Positions 28,515 through 38,101 of a DNA stretch of 64,000 nucleotides are shown here, one piece after another. The stretch lies in IMG/VR virus record IMGVR_UViG_3300026557_000002, positions 33,154-97,153 of that record. One strand, 5' to 3'. The translations under genes were made by a program, and so were the position numbers. Source of the DNA: a virus. The first letter of the stretch is position 1. Each line of letters begins with the position of its first letter. The notes beneath the pieces were generated by a model, which was not told the origin of the DNA, did not search any database, and worked only from the letters and a program-made list of their open reading frames with translations.

Positions 28515-28734
28515 AAAGTTTGGAACTTCCTTGTCCATAAGACTTCTGACCTAGCTCTTCGTCGACGGCTTGGATCAAATCGTTTCTGTGCTGGTTCGCG
28601 GTATTCGTGACGCGAGTCGCGTCCGCTATCTGCTTGTCTGTAGCCTTCGGGTCTCGCTTCCTGTCTTCGGCCATCCAGATACGGATATTCGCAATCGTTA
28701 GGGCGTCTATTAAATTTCCGATACTGACTTTCAT
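28501..28734 (-). CDS. Small helical protein (DUF4254-like, glycan-cluster associated)
   Basis: IGNLIDALTIANIRIWMAED...NQHRNDLIQAVD. Confidence 0.55.
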   Translation of the reverse strand: MKVSIGNLIDALTIANIRIWMAEDRKRDPKATDKQIADATRVTNTANQHRNDLIQAVDEELGQKSYGQGSSKLYGKV

Positions 28735-29717
28735 AGTTTGTCCAACATGTTGACTAACCGATTCTTGTATTCTTGCCTGTGATTTAGGCTCGGCGGGAAG
28801 CGCTTTTCGTGTTCTGGTGGGTTACTTCTGGGCGGATCGGCAACAACGAGATCCATCGGGCCATTAGCGAGGCTATACGTACTCATGATAAAAGAACCAC
28901 AGTACTGCAATTTAGGCGTCGGCTTGTTACCCCAACAACTCGTCACGACCGAGATACCCGAAGAGATACCAATAAACAAATCGGAATAATTGTTCACGAG
29001 CGCAGTCTGCCGGACTGTAAATTGCGAGCAAGATACGACGCCTAGGTCATCATAAAACCTGGAATTATCACCGGCGCAACAAAAAATAAAATTAGTCGGG
29101 CCAAAGCGATTCCGGCAGATTGTCATGGTCTCGCGAGTCAACTCGTCGTCCCATTGAGACTTGCCAGAGGTGAAATCTGTCTCTAGCATGACGGTTTTGG
29201 GATGAGGTAGAGTAGAACAGAAATCCCTGACAGCCTCGCGTTCAGAGTCCAAAAAGCCTAGATACGGATGCCACTCCCAACTAGGATCGGCGCCGAATAC
29301 CTTTCGAGAGATATTAGGATAATCGATACCGTGCCTCTGAGCCAAGGACATCATCCACGGCGTCGGGAAATAACCTAATTCAAGGTCTTTCGTCATCTCA
29401 AATTGGTGCTTGAAATCCTGTCTGAGATGGTTGTTAGCGTCCATTAAAACGCTAAGATCCGCCCAAGGAAGGTCTCTGGATTCTCCTCGGGCTATCCTGG
29501 CGTTCTCCAAAACACAACGCTCCGGTAGTTTCCAACCCTCTGGCCAAGGCCTGATTTCAGCGATGGCATCGTTGTGCTTCAAGACTTCGGTATACCTTGA
29601 GCAAAACCAGATGACGTCCTTGTTGGGCCAAAGCCGGTCTTTGTACTTCAGGACGCTCATCGCGCTAGCGATGTCGCCATTCAATCCAGGAAGAAAAATC
29701 CCTACTTTGCCTCTCAT
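28731..29717 (-). CDS. GT9-like GT-B glycosyltransferase
   Basis: N-terminal GLNGDI; C-terminal LVNNYSDLFIGISSG. Confidence 0.6.
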   Translation of the reverse strand: MRGKVGIFLPGLNGDIASAMSVLKYKDRLWPNKDVIWFCSRYTEVLKHNDAIAEIRPWPEGWKLPERCVLENARIARGESRDLPWADLSVLMDANNHLRQDFKHQFEMTKDLELGYFPTPWMMSLAQRHGIDYPNISRKVFGADPSWEWHPYLGFLDSEREAVRDFCSTLPHPKTVMLETDFTSGKSQWDDELTRETMTICRNRFGPTNFIFCCAGDNSRFYDDLGVVSCSQFTVRQTALVNNYSDLFIGISSGISVVTSCWGNKPTPKLQYCGSFIMSTYSLANGPMDLVVADPPRSNPPEHEKRFPPSLNHRQEYKNRLVNMLDKL

Positions 29718-30250
29718 CGTATCCACCAATCCTCGAATGGCTTACTGCCGACTTCTACATCATTTATTACACAAGACGGAGAAGGCACGTCAGAAACCGC
29801 AAGTTTGTAGCCTTGTGAAAGCATGAACTCCCGGATGGCATTCCGATGCTCTAGCTTGATGCCCATGCTGTCGTGTTCGATCGTGGCACAACGAAATGAA
29901 ACGCCAGCCGCGACCAAATTACGGAGCACATCTAGCTCTTCGCCGTACAAATCCAAGGACAGGTAACCGATTTCAAGTGACAAACCACGCGATGTTAGCG
30001 CTTGGCGCCAATCGATGTTTAAAGCATTTGCACATATAGCCGGACATTTTCGGTACTGATTCCAAGAAGATATAAACAAGTCTTCAAAATCAACCGCTAG
30101 GCCTTCCCAGCCGGCGAGTTCCAAGATAAAGGTGTTATTGTCGCTGAAGGGTTCCATGCACCCGATATCCAAGAATGTCTGGTTTCCGCCTGAGTTCTCG
30201 AGCGCGAACAAATCTTGACCAACTTGACTCCACGACTTTTTAGCGGCCAT
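29714..30250 (-). CDS. FkbM-like methyltransferase
   Basis: SQVGQD, FLDIGC, NNTF.LE..GWEG, YLSLD, TIEHD. Confidence 0.8.
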   Translation of the reverse strand: MAAKKSWSQVGQDLFALENSGGNQTFLDIGCMEPFSDNNTFILELAGWEGLAVDFEDLFISSWNQYRKCPAICANALNIDWRQALTSRGLSLEIGYLSLDLYGEELDVLRNLVAAGVSFRCATIEHDSMGIKLEHRNAIREFMLSQGYKLAVSDVPSPSCVINDVEVGSKPFEDWWIR

Positions 30251-30878
30251 ACTGCTCCAGCTTTGCTATCACATCTTCCGGATAGCACGATTGACTTTTA
30301 ACTTTTTCAATAGTCGCAGGATTGAAATATCCTAGGTCGAGATACCAATCCTCGAATGGAGAATCCACAATATCAGGATGGCGAACAAAGATGTCCGCAC
30401 ACGCCAGAACGTATCCTTGGCTTAAAAAGAGTTCTCTTTGAGGCGCTCTGTACGTATCGCCATATTGATAGGCGTCATGCTCGATACCAATGACCCTAAA
30501 CCGATAGTTGGCGTTAAGCACGAGCTTGGCAACATCCAAGTCCAGAACATCCACGTCGAGAGATAGGAAGTCTATAGAATAAGGCATATGCGCTTTCGCG
30601 AACTCTTTGTTGTAATCGATTTTTGTCGCATCTTGGTTGAGATAAGTACAATGCTTCCTATCCGCATAGCTGTCGTTATATCGGCTTTCTAATTCGACAC
30701 AGATGCCTCTCCAGTCCAATTTCGAATCTAAGTAATGCGAGTTATTATGAAACTTAGAATCCGCCGATCCGATGTCAACGTACGTGCCGACTACTTTAAA
30801 ATGAAACAAACGGGCACAGAACTCGTCGAGCCTAGAGCCGCTATGGCAGTTGGGATAATTCGTGAAAGATCGCTTCAT
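30240..30878 (-). CDS. FkbM-like methyltransferase (paralogue)
   Basis: YVDIGS, NNSHYL...WRGICVE, IDFLSLDVD, IEHD, PFEDW. Confidence 0.8.
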   Translation of the reverse strand: MKRSFTNYPNCHSGSRLDEFCARLFHFKVVGTYVDIGSADSKFHNNSHYLDSKLDWRGICVELESRYNDSYADRKHCTYLNQDATKIDYNKEFAKAHMPYSIDFLSLDVDVLDLDVAKLVLNANYRFRVIGIEHDAYQYGDTYRAPQRELFLSQGYVLACADIFVRHPDIVDSPFEDWYLDLGYFNPATIEKVKSQSCYPEDVIAKLEQYGR

Positions 30879-31654
30879 CCAATCCTACCTTTCAGCCACT
30901 CGGTCTTTCTTTGATGAAAGTCCGCGGAGCGATGATCCCAGTTGCTACCGGACCTGTAGTGCAGAATTACTTTTTCGCCCAAGCGGAACTCGTCATAACT
31001 GAATTCCGTGAAATGGTTCTTGCGGCAAGCCAAAATATCAAGGTCTAGATGCGCCTGAAAGTAATGGTGCGTCTGACCACCTACGTCTACAGGCGTATCT
31101 TGAATTCTCCCACACCACCAATTCAAAGTCTCTGGACTAGGTAATCTAGCCATGTCGGCCAACATGAAGGTAGGCCACATGTAATGAAAGACTCTTCCGT
31201 CTTCATGCTTTTTGCCATCCGAGATGTTAACCATTACGTGCGGGTTCAAGTAGTCTGTCAGCTTGATGCCCTCGACCAAGAATACGTCTGAGTCCAAGAT
31301 ACCGATGGGGCCTTTTTCTTTCGAAATATGATTCTCCCAAGCCCAGCACAAAGCGTAAGCATGAGCGACATTAGCATTCATGTACTTCCCTTCATGATTA
31401 AGAATAGAGCAGCTCAGCTCAATTTTCTGGCAACGAGCAAGTAAATCTTCGTTCTTTTCGACATCAATCATCTGGACGCCGAGTGCTTTGGCTTGTTCGT
31501 GAAGCCCGGTATAATTTCCCCCGAAGCCGTTGTCATACCTAGCGTTGTTAAAAACAACGAATTCAAAGTCTTCCTGAAGGTGTCTCCGGAACGAGCGCAG
31601 TTGGAGGCCGATGAAATCTGGTCGGTTAGAGCCAAAAGTGAAAATCATAATCAT
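30875..31654 (-). CDS. GT-A fold nucleotide-sugar transferase
   Basis: NRPDFI..Q, LDSDVF (DxD), DVGG, HYRSGSNW. Confidence 0.65.
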   Translation of the reverse strand: MIMIFTFGSNRPDFIGLQLRSFRRHLQEDFEFVVFNNARYDNGFGGNYTGLHEQAKALGVQMIDVEKNEDLLARCQKIELSCSILNHEGKYMNANVAHAYALCWAWENHISKEKGPIGILDSDVFLVEGIKLTDYLNPHVMVNISDGKKHEDGRVFHYMWPTFMLADMARLPSPETLNWWCGRIQDTPVDVGGQTHHYFQAHLDLDILACRKNHFTEFSYDEFRLGEKVILHYRSGSNWDHRSADFHQRKTEWLKGRIG

Positions 31655-32649
31655 GAAAGAAATCCGTTGTCATATAATAGACAAGTTAAAGCATCTTTAT
31701 CCATTATTACGTCATTTGAACTAAATTCTTTTTGCAGATCTGTTCTGGTTTCAAATTGTCCTAATACGGACGAGATCACGTAATACCTGCCTCCGTCGAC
31801 TGTTCGAGAAATTTCTTCTTCACTAACGAGGATCTCGTGAATTTTCTCGCCTGGACGAACGCCGTCTATCCTGATTTCTATATCTCGTTCTCCGATCAAA
31901 CAATGCACCACATCCATCACTCGTGCTGACGGTATCTTGGGAACCCAGGTCTCGCCAGAATTCCCGAACTGGACGGTTGCAAATACGGTATCAACCGCAT
32001 GATCTAATGAAAGAAGAAAACGAGTCATATCTCTGGTTGTTACCGTGACGGGGCCCCCTCTCTTAATTTGTTCTTTAAAAAGCGGGATTACAGAACCGCG
32101 GGAAGCTAAAACGTTGCCATATCTGACACAGACAAACTTTGTCTGGGGGCAGCGCTCACCAGCGCTCAGAAAAATACGCTCTTGAATAGCTTTCGTCATG
32201 CCCATCACGTTCACGGGCGCACAAGCTTTGTCAGTGGATATCCCAACGACCGTCTCGACAACAAGGGCTTGTTCACTGATAGCGCGTACGATATTCTCGG
32301 CGCCGTTTATATTAGTCTTGACGGCCTCGTAAGGAAAATATTCGCAGGACGGGACCTGCTTCGAAGCTGCGGCATTAAATACGATATCCGCTTCTTGTAA
32401 AACACTAGCCACTGACGCATAATCCCGAATGTCCCCAATACGAAAACGAACCCGTCGCCTGAATTCCTCTCTTAGCTCGGGATCCATAGAATACTTAGCC
32501 ATCATGGCTGACTGCTTGGCCTCGTCGCGAGAAAAGACCGTAATCTTGTCTACGGTGCCGCCTTCTCCTGATAACAGCCGGCGAAGCAGCACGCTTCCCA
32601 AAGAGCCGGTTCCACCTGTTATCAAGATGCGCTTATTTTGAAAAAACAT
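31651..32649 (-). CDS. UDP-GlcNAc 4,6-dehydratase (FnlA/WbjB/PseB family)
   Basis: TGGTGSLG, FSRDEAKQ, KQVPSCE, STDKA, MGMTK, RYGNVLASRGSVIP, RPGEKIHE. Confidence 0.93.
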   Translation of the reverse strand: MFFQNKRILITGGTGSLGSVLLRRLLSGEGGTVDKITVFSRDEAKQSAMMAKYSMDPELREEFRRRVRFRIGDIRDYASVASVLQEADIVFNAAASKQVPSCEYFPYEAVKTNINGAENIVRAISEQALVVETVVGISTDKACAPVNVMGMTKAIQERIFLSAGERCPQTKFVCVRYGNVLASRGSVIPLFKEQIKRGGPVTVTTRDMTRFLLSLDHAVDTVFATVQFGNSGETWVPKIPSARVMDVVHCLIGERDIEIRIDGVRPGEKIHEILVSEEEISRTVDGGRYYVISSVLGQFETRTDLQKEFSSNDVIMDKDALTCLLYDNGFLS

Positions 32650-33451
32650 AGCCGTCTCCCTCGTCGTCTGTCTTCTTTTGCCAGTACAATAGCTCTTCCA
32701 AACCTAGCGGAGCCAATGTCGTAGCCGCCCTGAACTTAACCGCCAACAAGCTTCGGTCGCATTTCTCAGCCTCTACAGGCAAGATATTTACATCACTTTT
32801 TCCGTATGTCTTCTGGAACAATTTTAAAAGATCAAACTTTGAGATACGTTGAGAAGCCACATGGTAAAGGCCCGAGAGCCTGCTCTCTCGCTTCAAAAGG
32901 TCCCCAACAACGTCCGCAAGCCAGTTCGTGGTGACACCCGTAAAGAACGCGTTCTTGTATCCCTGAACATCTCCCGTTTGGCGCAAGAACCATTCCAGGA
33001 GTCCTTTGTAGTTATTTCGCTCTCGACCGACGATAGATGTCCTAATCGTCAACGTGTTTGGCACCTGCGTAACTTCGCCAGCCAGCTTTGTCTTGCCGTA
33101 AAGGTCTACTGGATCCGGAGTATGAGTTTCCATATAGCGCCCGAGATTGCCGGAGAATACACAGTCTGAACTGAAGTGAACTAAGTATGGGCACATGGCC
33201 TGAAGGTCATGTGGCAACTTAGCGTTGACGGCCTCAAGCAGCCTGGGGTCTTGCTCGCGTTGTTTGATGACGCCGACGCAATTCAAGACCGCATCCGGCT
33301 TAAAAAACTTGATGACCTTTTCCACGCTTGAGGAGTCCGTAGCGTCGAACGACGGCCTGGAGACGCCGATAACGGTCTCGAACTTCGGGCGCAGTCTCTC
33401 GACCATCTTGTGCCCGAGCATGCCGGTTGAGCCTAGGACGAGGACTCTCAT
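32633..33451 (-). CDS. RmlD-like NDP-4-keto-6-deoxysugar reductase
   Basis: GSTGMLG, SSDCVFSG, YGKTK, RTSIVG. Confidence 0.9.
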   Translation of the reverse strand: MRVLVLGSTGMLGHKMVERLRPKFETVIGVSRPSFDATDSSSVEKVIKFFKPDAVLNCVGVIKQREQDPRLLEAVNAKLPHDLQAMCPYLVHFSSDCVFSGNLGRYMETHTPDPVDLYGKTKLAGEVTQVPNTLTIRTSIVGRERNNYKGLLEWFLRQTGDVQGYKNAFFTGVTTNWLADVVGDLLKRESRLSGLYHVASQRISKFDLLKLFQKTYGKSDVNILPVEAEKCDRSLLAVKFRAATTLAPLGLEELLYWQKKTDDEGDGYVFSK

Positions 33452-34401
33452 CTAGACTCCTGGGTGATTCGGACGGCTTCCAAAAGACCGTTCAATTTTG
33501 TAACATACGTGTGATTTTGGGCAACTTCGTCCATCAACTTATGCAGGGTATCAATCTTGATTTTAGGGAGGGCTTCCTTGGCGTCGTAGAAAAGCTGACG
33601 TGTTTCCTCGTTGAAAATCAAATCAGGGAAAATCTTCTTGGACGCTATGTTGTTCGTAATTGGGAAGCAACCGTAACTAATATTTTTTGCAGTCCTGCAC
33701 GGAAAATAATGGACGTTATCTCGGTTGTGGTAGGTGTCCCCAATCGCGGGTGCCATATAGGACGCCTTGACGAGCCATTGATTCTCCTCAACAGAGACTG
33801 CGGTTCCGCCGCTGTACCCGCCGTAAGCGTTGAAGTTAATCCCGTTCTCAAGACAGGCTTTCTTGAAAGGGTTGTGAACATTGCCGTAGATGGTGCCGAC
33901 GAAATTGACATCCCGGCTCTCTTGGTTGAATACCTGGGCGGTCGGCTTGTTGGCCTCAATCTCGTGCGGCAGAAGATCCGTGCCCCAATACAGCACGGTA
34001 GACGAATACTTTTCGTGTCTCTGCAGAGATAGATATATATCGTGCCCGACCTTGATATCGTTGTCTACGTTAGTCGTCAGAGTATAGACGCCGTAATTCA
34101 TGAAATCGTAAGAACCGATATCACCGAAGAGCTCCTTGACTTTTTCGTCAGTATTATGGCAGACATAGAACGTGTCCTTGCGCTTCGGCATCAGTCTCAA
34201 GTCGGCCACGTTGACGGTCAAGAACAGCGAATTACTAAAATCGATATTGTCTAAGTTATCTTGGCCGTCAAGCCACAGGACCTCGCGGTCAGGGAACTTG
34301 AACTTGAGCGCGCGGTACCAGGCTTCCTGAATATGTTTGAACGTGTTGTAGCTCGATTTGAAGCCCCAGATAACGAACTTGTTTGTCTTTAAATCTATCA
34401 T
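33448..34401 (-). CDS. Putative GT-B glycosyltransferase
   Basis: WGTDLLPHEI, FVGTI, PCRTAKNISYG, HTY; cluster context. Confidence 0.55.
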   Translation of the reverse strand: MIDLKTNKFVIWGFKSSYNTFKHIQEAWYRALKFKFPDREVLWLDGQDNLDNIDFSNSLFLTVNVADLRLMPKRKDTFYVCHNTDEKVKELFGDIGSYDFMNYGVYTLTTNVDNDIKVGHDIYLSLQRHEKYSSTVLYWGTDLLPHEIEANKPTAQVFNQESRDVNFVGTIYGNVHNPFKKACLENGINFNAYGGYSGGTAVSVEENQWLVKASYMAPAIGDTYHNRDNVHYFPCRTAKNISYGCFPITNNIASKKIFPDLIFNEETRQLFYDAKEALPKIKIDTLHKLMDEVAQNHTYVTKLNGLLEAVRITQESR

Positions 34402-35174
34402 AGTCGTACCCACCTCTCAGGGCAAATGTCCCGAGCGTCTTCCGTACATGTCGGGCCGAACCAATTCTTCGGTGCGATCACAGTTCCGTAAGGATGTTTA
34501 AAATAGGCTGCCCACCAGCTGAACGAAGAATTTGCCGTAATTACATGATCGCAGAGGGACATCGCGTAAATATCCGTCGCTTCGGTACCGGGTTCTACAA
34601 CGACATCCCGACCCAAAGAAAAATCCGTGTAAAAAGTCTCGGAGACCCACTTAGGATTATCAGTGAAAAAGAAGAACTTTGGATGACTGATGCAGTCACG
34701 GATATATTGTCTGGCGGGACCATAATATCCGTAATCAAGATTCCCGTGAAAACTCTTATGCGGCTCTTGAATATAGTCCCCACGTCGAACATGAATCGCG
34801 ACCGCGTTCTCTTCGGCCAAAATCTGGCTCTCTAAATCTTTGCGGCGATTAAGAGGATTCAAATTTCTTAGTTCTTCTCGGACGTTTTCAAAATATTTCT
34901 CAGATTGCCAGTAGCCTTGTAAGACGTCTCCATCTCGAATGTTATCCACTAGCTTCTGGTTGTACGGCAAGCCGACTTCGCGAACGGTAGGCACCATTCT
35001 AGGCGACAATCTAAAGGCGTCTATATCCCACTGGCCTAGGGAGAACGGACGATTAACCGCCAACCGAGTGGCGTCGAATTGTACCTCGACACCGAGCCGC
35101 TTCGCCTGTGCCCGCCCAAAGGCGTACTGAAACATTTGATTGCCTATGCCGCCTTGCAAAATCACAGTGATCAT
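34398..35174 (-). CDS. GT11 alpha-1,2-fucosyltransferase
   Basis: GGIGNQMFQYA, GYWQSEKYF, HVRRGDY, NSSFSWWAAY. Confidence 0.95.
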   Translation of the reverse strand: MITVILQGGIGNQMFQYAFGRAQAKRLGVEVQFDATRLAVNRPFSLGQWDIDAFRLSPRMVPTVREVGLPYNQKLVDNIRDGDVLQGYWQSEKYFENVREELRNLNPLNRRKDLESQILAEENAVAIHVRRGDYIQEPHKSFHGNLDYGYYGPARQYIRDCISHPKFFFFTDNPKWVSETFYTDFSLGRDVVVEPGTEATDIYAMSLCDHVITANSSFSWWAAYFKHPYGTVIAPKNWFGPTCTEDARDICPERWVRL

Positions 35175-35833
35175 CGCGCCGTCCATGTAAGTTCAGGATG
35201 TAAAGACTTCATGACTTCAATCATCTTGCCTCGGTTCATAGTCGAGACCATGGATGTCTGCTTCCTGCGGTAAAAGAACAAAGCGTCGTTCAGGACCTGG
35301 ACTCGCCAGCCGCGTTTCAAGATTGAGACCCAGAGCTCCCAATCTTCGCAGCCTTCCGCCATCACGGATTTGTATCCGCCAGCCTCCAAGATCGCTTGCT
35401 TCCGAATCAGAGAGCACACCGGCATTCCGTTATATGCTGTAATCTGATGAAGCCCTGTATGCGTCGGGCGAAGGCGATTTGTATGCGTACCGAAGTATGT
35501 CATATCGGTCGAGACCACGCCGATCCCAGGACCCATTAGTGGCACAGTCTTCTCAAGGTAATGCGGATCGATTTTGTCATCTGCGTCTAAAGGCAGGATT
35601 AATTCGCCCGTCGAGAACTCTATTCCAGAGTTGCGCGCTGCCGCCAACCCGCCATTCACCTTATTGACGATCTTGACAGAAAATTTCTCAATCTCGCCCA
35701 GAGATCCGTCCGTTGAGCCGTCATTGACAACGATAACCTCAAGGTCTTTATACGTTTGCGCTAAAGCAGAACTGATCGCTTCCGCGACGTATTCGCGCAT
35801 ATTAAAGCACGGAATCACGATGCTGACTCTCAC
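35171..35833 (-). CDS. GT2 glycosyltransferase
   Basis: VSIVIPCFN, VNDGSTD, ARNSG, LDADD, EDWELW. Confidence 0.95.
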   Translation of the reverse strand: MRVSIVIPCFNMREYVAEAISSALAQTYKDLEVIVVNDGSTDGSLGEIEKFSVKIVNKVNGGLAAARNSGIEFSTGELILPLDADDKIDPHYLEKTVPLMGPGIGVVSTDMTYFGTHTNRLRPTHTGLHQITAYNGMPVCSLIRKQAILEAGGYKSVMAEGCEDWELWVSILKRGWRVQVLNDALFFYRRKQTSMVSTMNRGKMIEVMKSLHPELTWTAR

Positions 35834-36528
35834 CTTCCGTCCTTTTTAGTCAAGGCCAGAATCTTTGGAGTCGGATTGATGCCTGCGGCCTTCCACTTAT
35901 CTAGGTAGTGCAAGTTGGCCCCTTCTGGGTAACAATAGGATGGGTCCAAGATTTTGGCTGGCGGATGATCCAATAAATAGCGATTCAGATGAGACTCGTC
36001 ATGCCATACGGCTACGATGTAACGGTTGAGATCAAAACTAATATTTGACGCAAGTTCTTCTGACATCTTTAAAAAGGCTTTCGCGTTCCCGCCATTAAAG
36101 CCGCCGCAGAAATACTTATTATTTTTCGCCGGATTAATATAGGCACAAGATTCCACTCGCCTCTCTGGTGTGCCACTTTCGTTGATGTAACCAGGATGGA
36201 GTGTCCCGACCACACCGTCGGCAAAAACTTCCTCCCCTACTGGGGCCACGAATCTCATATCTACATCTGCATAAAAGACTTGATCATATTTCTCCAATAA
36301 TATCTTTTGTCCGAGGAAAGTATGATAGCGATAAAGCGTTTCGTTCGGATAGCCCAAGGCCCCTTTGGTTATGACGAATTTCGCGTCAAATTGACTGGCG
36401 GCTCGTAAGGTATCCGTCCAAACGACAGCGTCGTGCTCAACAAAAAATTCCTTAGCGGATTCCAGTAGCGGATTCACGTATTTGTGATATTTCTCACCCG
36501 TCGCTATCACTAAAAGAGCGGTTTTCAT
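35830..36528 (-). CDS. GT6 (ABO-type) alpha-1,3-Gal/GalNAc transferase
   Basis: IATGEKY, YADVDM, LHPGY, YFCGGFNGG, WHDESHLNRY. Confidence 0.95.
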   Translation of the reverse strand: MKTALLVIATGEKYHKYVNPLLESAKEFFVEHDAVVWTDTLRAASQFDAKFVITKGALGYPNETLYRYHTFLGQKILLEKYDQVFYADVDMRFVAPVGEEVFADGVVGTLHPGYINESGTPERRVESCAYINPAKNNKYFCGGFNGGNAKAFLKMSEELASNISFDLNRYIVAVWHDESHLNRYLLDHPPAKILDPSYCYPEGANLHYLDKWKAAGINPTPKILALTKKDGR

Positions 36529-37220
36529 CGGCTCTCCGCATACTTTCTTTTCATCCAATCATAACCGACCTTCTCGTCGTACCCTTGGCCATACCTACTT
36601 GAAGGGAAGTGGTCGGTAAATGGCTCAGGTGTCGAGTCCCCAATCATAATCTTGCCTTCGGCCGCAAGCGAGCCCATAACTTGGCCGACCCAAAGATCCT
36701 CTGCCCAGCTAGACGGATACGAAAATACGACTTCGTTCAGGGCTGCTCGGCTCAGGAAGTACCCGAAGCCTCCGCTGGCCCAGGGGTACGCACGCTGATG
36801 CATCTCCTTCTCGCCCTCGCGGTTGACGGCTTCGTACCTAAAGGTGCCTGAGGTCTTGCCGTTAAAGTGTCCGAAGTAATCGTAAGAGGTGAACGGCGAG
36901 GCAAGAAGCTTCTTGACGTTGACGAAGGTATCTGTATCACAAAGAAAAATGAAATTTACCATCTTGCCTTGGAACCACTTGCATATCTCGCGGGTCTTCT
37001 TCGGCAAGCTATTGTAATCATCGTCGCAGGCAACCCGAATCTCGTCTGACTCGAAATTGACGACTCGGGCCGAGTTTTGCTCTTGCTGGCCGACGAAGAA
37101 CTTCACCGGGATGCCGGCAGCCCTGGCGTCTTGGCCCCAGGTTGAGCGGATCAAGTTATGGTCGCCGCGGTCTTTGTGCTGGAGACAGGACTTGACAGCG
37201 ATAATCAGCCTGAGGTTCAC
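36525..37220 (-). CDS. GT31-like galactosyltransferase
   Basis: IRSTWG, DDYNSLPKKT, CDTDTFV, SGGFGYFLSR, EDLWVG. Confidence 0.85.
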   Translation of the reverse strand: MNLRLIIAVKSCLQHKDRGDHNLIRSTWGQDARAAGIPVKFFVGQQEQNSARVVNFESDEIRVACDDDYNSLPKKTREICKWFQGKMVNFIFLCDTDTFVNVKKLLASPFTSYDYFGHFNGKTSGTFRYEAVNREGEKEMHQRAYPWASGGFGYFLSRAALNEVVFSYPSSWAEDLWVGQVMGSLAAEGKIMIGDSTPEPFTDHFPSSRYGQGYDEKVGYDWMKRKYAESR

Positions 37221-38101
37221 TTGACACATCCTCCGGACAACCGCTCTTCTTCGGTCAAGATATTCCTGCCAAGGATGCGATCAAGAACTTGCCGGCCGTA
37301 CTCAAGACTTAGCTGGAAGCCGGAAGCATGAAGATGCCCGCCGCCGTTAAACACTTTCGCAATCGCCGAGACATCTACGTCGCCTTCGGAACGTAGGCTG
37401 AACTGGATCATGCCATCCGCTCTCTCAAACCAGGTCAGGCTGACATCATGCGTCTTCGCTAACTCGTTCCCGATCTCCGAACAATTCAGATACAGAGCGT
37501 TCACGACCGCCGTCTTGTATCCTTGGAAGAAGCCGACTTGGGCTTGCTTAACGGCTTCGCGGACGTAATGGTTAATATGGGCTAAGGCTCCTTCGCCTTT
37601 GTAAGCTGCGTCCTTGGCTTCCATATCATAAAGACCGTCCCATGCTTCGGCAGTTAATTCCTCCTTAGACCAACGCAGCTTCCAATTCCACAGATCCCGA
37701 TCTTCCACATATTCGACCATCCATGGCCTAGCGGGAGGGTAATGAGTATCATTAAGCCTTGGGGCATTTGTGTCACTCCCGAATAGGTGGTCCCACGTTA
37801 ATCCGGCACCAGAACGTTTCATATCAAAGATAGCGTATGATGCGCCTTCAAGGACAGCTTGTGCTGTTTTGTGGTGATCAAGTATCTTGAAAGATTTCGC
37901 CAGCGAATTCAATTTGTCATTTAGTTCGCGGGTCCTGAGACTGAAATCCAACATCAGGACATCTTTGCCTTTGACTTGGGAGAAATCAAATTCTGCCCCG
38001 TGATTGAGCGGGACTAGTTTGGCCTCGGGGTATCTCTTGCTTGCGATAAAGGCGGCACACCAGCCGTCTGGGCATGCGCCGTGGTAGTAAACGATATCCA
38101 T
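37217..38101 (-). CDS. DHH/DHHA1 phosphoesterase
   Basis: H..CPDG, LDF, LDHHKT, DRDLW, FSLRS, GGGHLHASG. Confidence 0.92.
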   Translation of the reverse strand: MDIVYYHGACPDGWCAAFIASKRYPEAKLVPLNHGAEFDFSQVKGKDVLMLDFSLRTRELNDKLNSLAKSFKILDHHKTAQAVLEGASYAIFDMKRSGAGLTWDHLFGSDTNAPRLNDTHYPPARPWMVEYVEDRDLWNWKLRWSKEELTAEAWDGLYDMEAKDAAYKGEGALAHINHYVREAVKQAQVGFFQGYKTAVVNALYLNCSEIGNELAKTHDVSLTWFERADGMIQFSLRSEGDVDVSAIAKVFNGGGHLHASGFQLSLEYGRQVLDRILGRNILTEEERLSGGCVK

